From Balamuthia mandrillaris (lineage: Eukaryota), in assembly GCA_031835245.2 (NCBI GenBank), contig JAVKOQ020000033.1, forward strand, positions 1-64,000: DNA of 64,000 nucleotides, in the 5' to 3' direction. Of the stretch, positions 59,924 to 64,000 are shown piece by piece; position 1 is the first letter of the stretch; each line of letters starts with the position of its first letter. The notes beneath the pieces are model-generated. The model saw only the letters and a list, made by a program, of their open reading frames with translations. It made no database searches and was not told where the DNA came from. The translations under genes were made by a program, and so were the position numbers.

Positions 59924-61084
59924 TTAGGGGCATCCATTCTGTCTCGCCCAGCTTAACACTTCCTGTTGGCCCTTTCTTTCAGCGTTGGTGCGAGTTCTTC
60001 CATCCCAAGGGCACCCGTTTGCTCTGAGCCATTGCAGCACTTCCAAGTGGCCATTCAGCGCAGCAGCGGCACAAACGGCTTCATTCCAAGGGCATCCTTG
60101 CTCATGGGCCCATTTCAGCACTTCGAAATGCCCTTCGTGTGCTGCTGTATAGCAGGTCTCTTCATCCCATGGACAGCCATTCGCTCTCGCCCATTGCAGC
60201 ACTGCCAGATGGCCGTTCATAGCAGCACCGACACAAGTGGATTCATCCCAAGGGCATCCGTTCGCTCTCAGCCATTGCAGCACTTCCAAATGGCCATCGG
60301 TAGCAGCACTGACACAAGTGGATTCATCCCAAGGGCATCCGTTCGCTCTCAGCCATTTCAGCGCTTCCAAATGGCCATTCCCAGCAGCGGAGGCGCAAGT
60401 GCCCTCATCCCAAGGGCATCCGTTTGCTCTCAGCCATTTCAGCACCTCCAAGTGCCCGTTCTCTGCTGCGCCGGTGCAAAGCTGGTCATCCCAAGGGCAT
60501 CCGTTTGCCTGCAGGTATTTCAGGACATCCAAATGGCCGCTCTCAGCAGCATACATGGCACAAGTGGATTCATTCCAAGGGCAGCCTTGCTCTCTAGCCC
60601 ACTTCAGCACCTCCAAATGCCCGTTCCCAGCCGCGCAGGCGCAAGTCTCTTCATCCCAAGGGCACTGGTTCTCTCGAGCCCATTTCAGCACTTCCAAGTG
60701 GCCGCGCTGAGCAGCTGCGGCGCAGGTCCACTCGTCCCAAGGGCATCCGTTTGCTCTCGCCCATCGCAACGCCTCCAAACAGCCATGCCTGGCAATCCAC
60801 ACGCAGGTCACCTCCCTCCAAGGGCAGTCATATTGGAGGCGCGCCCATTGCAAGGCAGCCAGGGAGGCGCAGGCCCACGGCAAGGAGAGCACCCGGCGAA
60901 GGTGGGGAGGGCTGCAGCCGTACCATCGGCGACAGGTCCGCGCAGCAGCCGCTACGCTGTCATCGGGCAGGGACTCCAAGATGTGGCAGAGTACCTCCTC
61001 CAGCAGCGCGTCCTCCGTCCAACACGCCTTCAACTGGCCATCCCCATGCTGCCCGCCATGTTCACCATCGGTGGTGGAGCTCAT
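59924..61084 (-). CDS. Intronless ankyrin-repeat protein with CPW-type repeats and a degenerate N-terminal F-box
   Basis: About ten 26-aa (78-bp) repeats of TCAxAAxNGHLEVLKWLRANGCPWDE. N-terminal LEEVLCHILESL...ARTCRRW. Confidence 0.9.
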   Translation of the reverse strand: MSSTTDGEHGGQHGDGQLKACWTEDALLEEVLCHILESLPDDSVAAAARTCRRWYGCSPPHLRRVLSLPWACASLAALQWARLQYDCPWREVTCVWIARHGCLEALRWARANGCPWDEWTCAAAAQRGHLEVLKWARENQCPWDEETCACAAGNGHLEVLKWAREQGCPWNESTCAMYAAESGHLDVLKYLQANGCPWDDQLCTGAAENGHLEVLKWLRANGCPWDEGTCASAAGNGHLEALKWLRANGCPWDESTCVSAATDGHLEVLQWLRANGCPWDESTCVGAAMNGHLAVLQWARANGCPWDEETCYTAAHEGHFEVLKWAHEQGCPWNEAVCAAAALNGHLEVLQWLRANGCPWDGRTRTNAERKGQQEVLSWARQNGCP

Positions 61085-61277
61085 TCTCGCTTTTTTTGTT
61101 CTTGTTCTTCTTCTTGTTGGTGCTGTTCTTCTTCTTGTTCTTCTTTCTGCTTCTCGTTCTTCTTCTTCTTCTTCTTCTTGTATGTGTGGTGTAGTTAGTA
61201 TAGTATAGCAGAGTAGAGCAAGTGCCTCTCTAATATTTATTTAGAAAAAAAAACCCAAAGAGAGAGGAGAAAGAGCG

Positions 61278-61695
61278 ATGGCTTCCGCGGTACGTGGTGG
61301 AGCCTCCAGCAGGCATGGCGGCTCGCGGCTCTGCTTTGCTGCGTTGGCGGGAGGAAACAGGGCGATGCTCTCAACGGCAGGTTCGGCTTGTCGGTCGACC
61401 CGCTTCTCTCCCTCCTCCTTCTCGCGTGGGCTCGCTTCTCCTCAGCATCGATGGCTCTGCCCTCCTTTTCACAGCAGCTACGAGTTTGGCTTGCGTTCTG
61501 CTCTCTTCTGCACGAAAGCCACAAGCGAGAAGGAGGAACGAGACAATGAATCCTCTGCTGCAGCAGATGATGGTATCCGCACTACTTACATCGATCAGCA
61601 GAAACCTTTAATCTCACCCCTTTTTTTTTTAATCACAAACACCAGACCAAGCAAAAGAAGTGCTGGTTTATGAGAACTCACGAGCTGAGTACGCC

Positions 61696-61743
<48 letters not shown>

Positions 61744-62413
61744 AACGCTTTCCAACATGCATCTCATCGGCACCCCACCAAACAACAAATGCAGCACGTG
61801 GCGGCAAAGCTGGCGCAACGCACTGTTTCTTCAGCTAACAGGGTCCCTCGGCTTGGCGGGTTTCTCCCTCTCCAACGGGTTCGAGGTCCTCCCCTTCTCG
61901 CCTGCTGTCTTGTACATTTCCTACGGCGCCAGTTTGGTTTGCACCGCCGTCATCTACTCCTTCGTTCGTCCCATCGTGCTGCAGCTGCACGCCATCTATG
62001 GGGGTGCTCCACCACAACCAGGGGCACAACCAGGAGGGGAAGAACGAAAAGAAGAAGAGCCCAAGGGAGAGCCCCAACGACCACAGCCCACTTCTGTTCG
62101 GATCACCACGCTGGGCTTCTTCCTGAAGCCGGTCGAGAGGGAGTTTCCCTTGCATGCCGTTCGAGAGTTTAGGGGCTATGGCCCAGCAGCCAGGGAAGGA
62201 ACGTGGCAAGTGGCCCGTGAAAACAAGATGTTCACCATGCTCACCGCAAAGCCCCCTCCATCAGAGTCCTCCTCCTCGCCTATCTCCTCTGCGCACATGT
62301 ACTACTCCCTTGAGAACACGCCTGAGTCCAACGTGAAGCGGCCTGAACTGTTGCAGCTGATACTGGATGGCGGACTACCACCAAGCCAGAGCGATACTGC
62401 ACCACAACAATGA
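61278..62413 (+). CDS. Predicted mitochondrial inner-membrane protein, TMEM70/TMEM186/TMEM223-like
   Basis: Arg/Ser-rich presequence, VLVYE, two TM helices, then RPIVLQL...VRITTLGFFLKP. Confidence 0.6.
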
Positions 62414-62601
62414 TCAGCATTAGCATCAGCAAACTCCTTCTCAAACAGCAGATGGAGACGAGAGAAGCAGCGTACCATTACACATAAACAAACTCTAAAC
62501 AAAAAAAAACCAAAGGTCTGTTTGTTGCTTTGTACACGCGTAGCAGTTATATACCTGGTGAGGCAGAGCAACCAAGGGTCATGCAGAAGTGACTCACCTG
62601 C

Positions 62602-63870
<1,269 letters not shown>

Positions 63871-64000
63871 CTCTTTACTCTTTTGCAATGCAGTGATGCT
63901 TGTTTGTTCTAATCCTCTTGTCCTTGTTCTTCTTCTTTGCTTCCTTCTTGCCTTGCCTTGCGTCTCTTACTTTTCTTTTGTGAAAAACAAAGAGAGAGGG

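Noticed and set aside
59966..61198. 410-aa plus-strand ORF
   Set aside because: Antisense shadow of the repetitive ankyrin gene, with no independent features.

Overview
Gene-dense eukaryotic nuclear DNA with about 27 mostly multi-exon genes. Short GT-AG introns are packed with sense-strand (CT)n/(CTT)n microsatellites. Gene content and intron style point to a free-living amoebozoan, Balamuthia/Acanthamoeba-like (inference). Recognisable genes: TBC-TLDc protein, DeoD/UDP-type nucleoside phosphorylase with a signal peptide, DUF924-TilS fusion, two F-box/WD40 proteins, Rab7 paralogue, Frizzled/Smoothened-like GPCR, retinoblastoma homologue, Afi1/MesA-like DENN protein, Rpn8, IST1, threonine synthase, 7TM-kinase, sulfotransferase, SAM-tyrosine kinase, RRP36, cytosolic IleRS, a dispanin, AGXT, a giant-virus-type ankyrin protein and SAYSD1. 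Most notable: (1) a Rab7 with an N-terminal MGLCSS acylation signal and no C-terminal prenylation cysteines; (2) a dual-guide box C/D snoRNA and a probable H/ACA RNA in IleRS introns; (3) a perfect 60-bp intergenic inverted repeat; (4) an E2F-site cluster in the Rb promoter; (5) the DUF924-TilS fusion; (6) small unannotated TOM5-like and G2BR-like proteins; (7) a recurring promoter motif. Gene spans run start to stop and include introns. Exon boundaries were read by eye and family calls are from motif recognition, not database searches.
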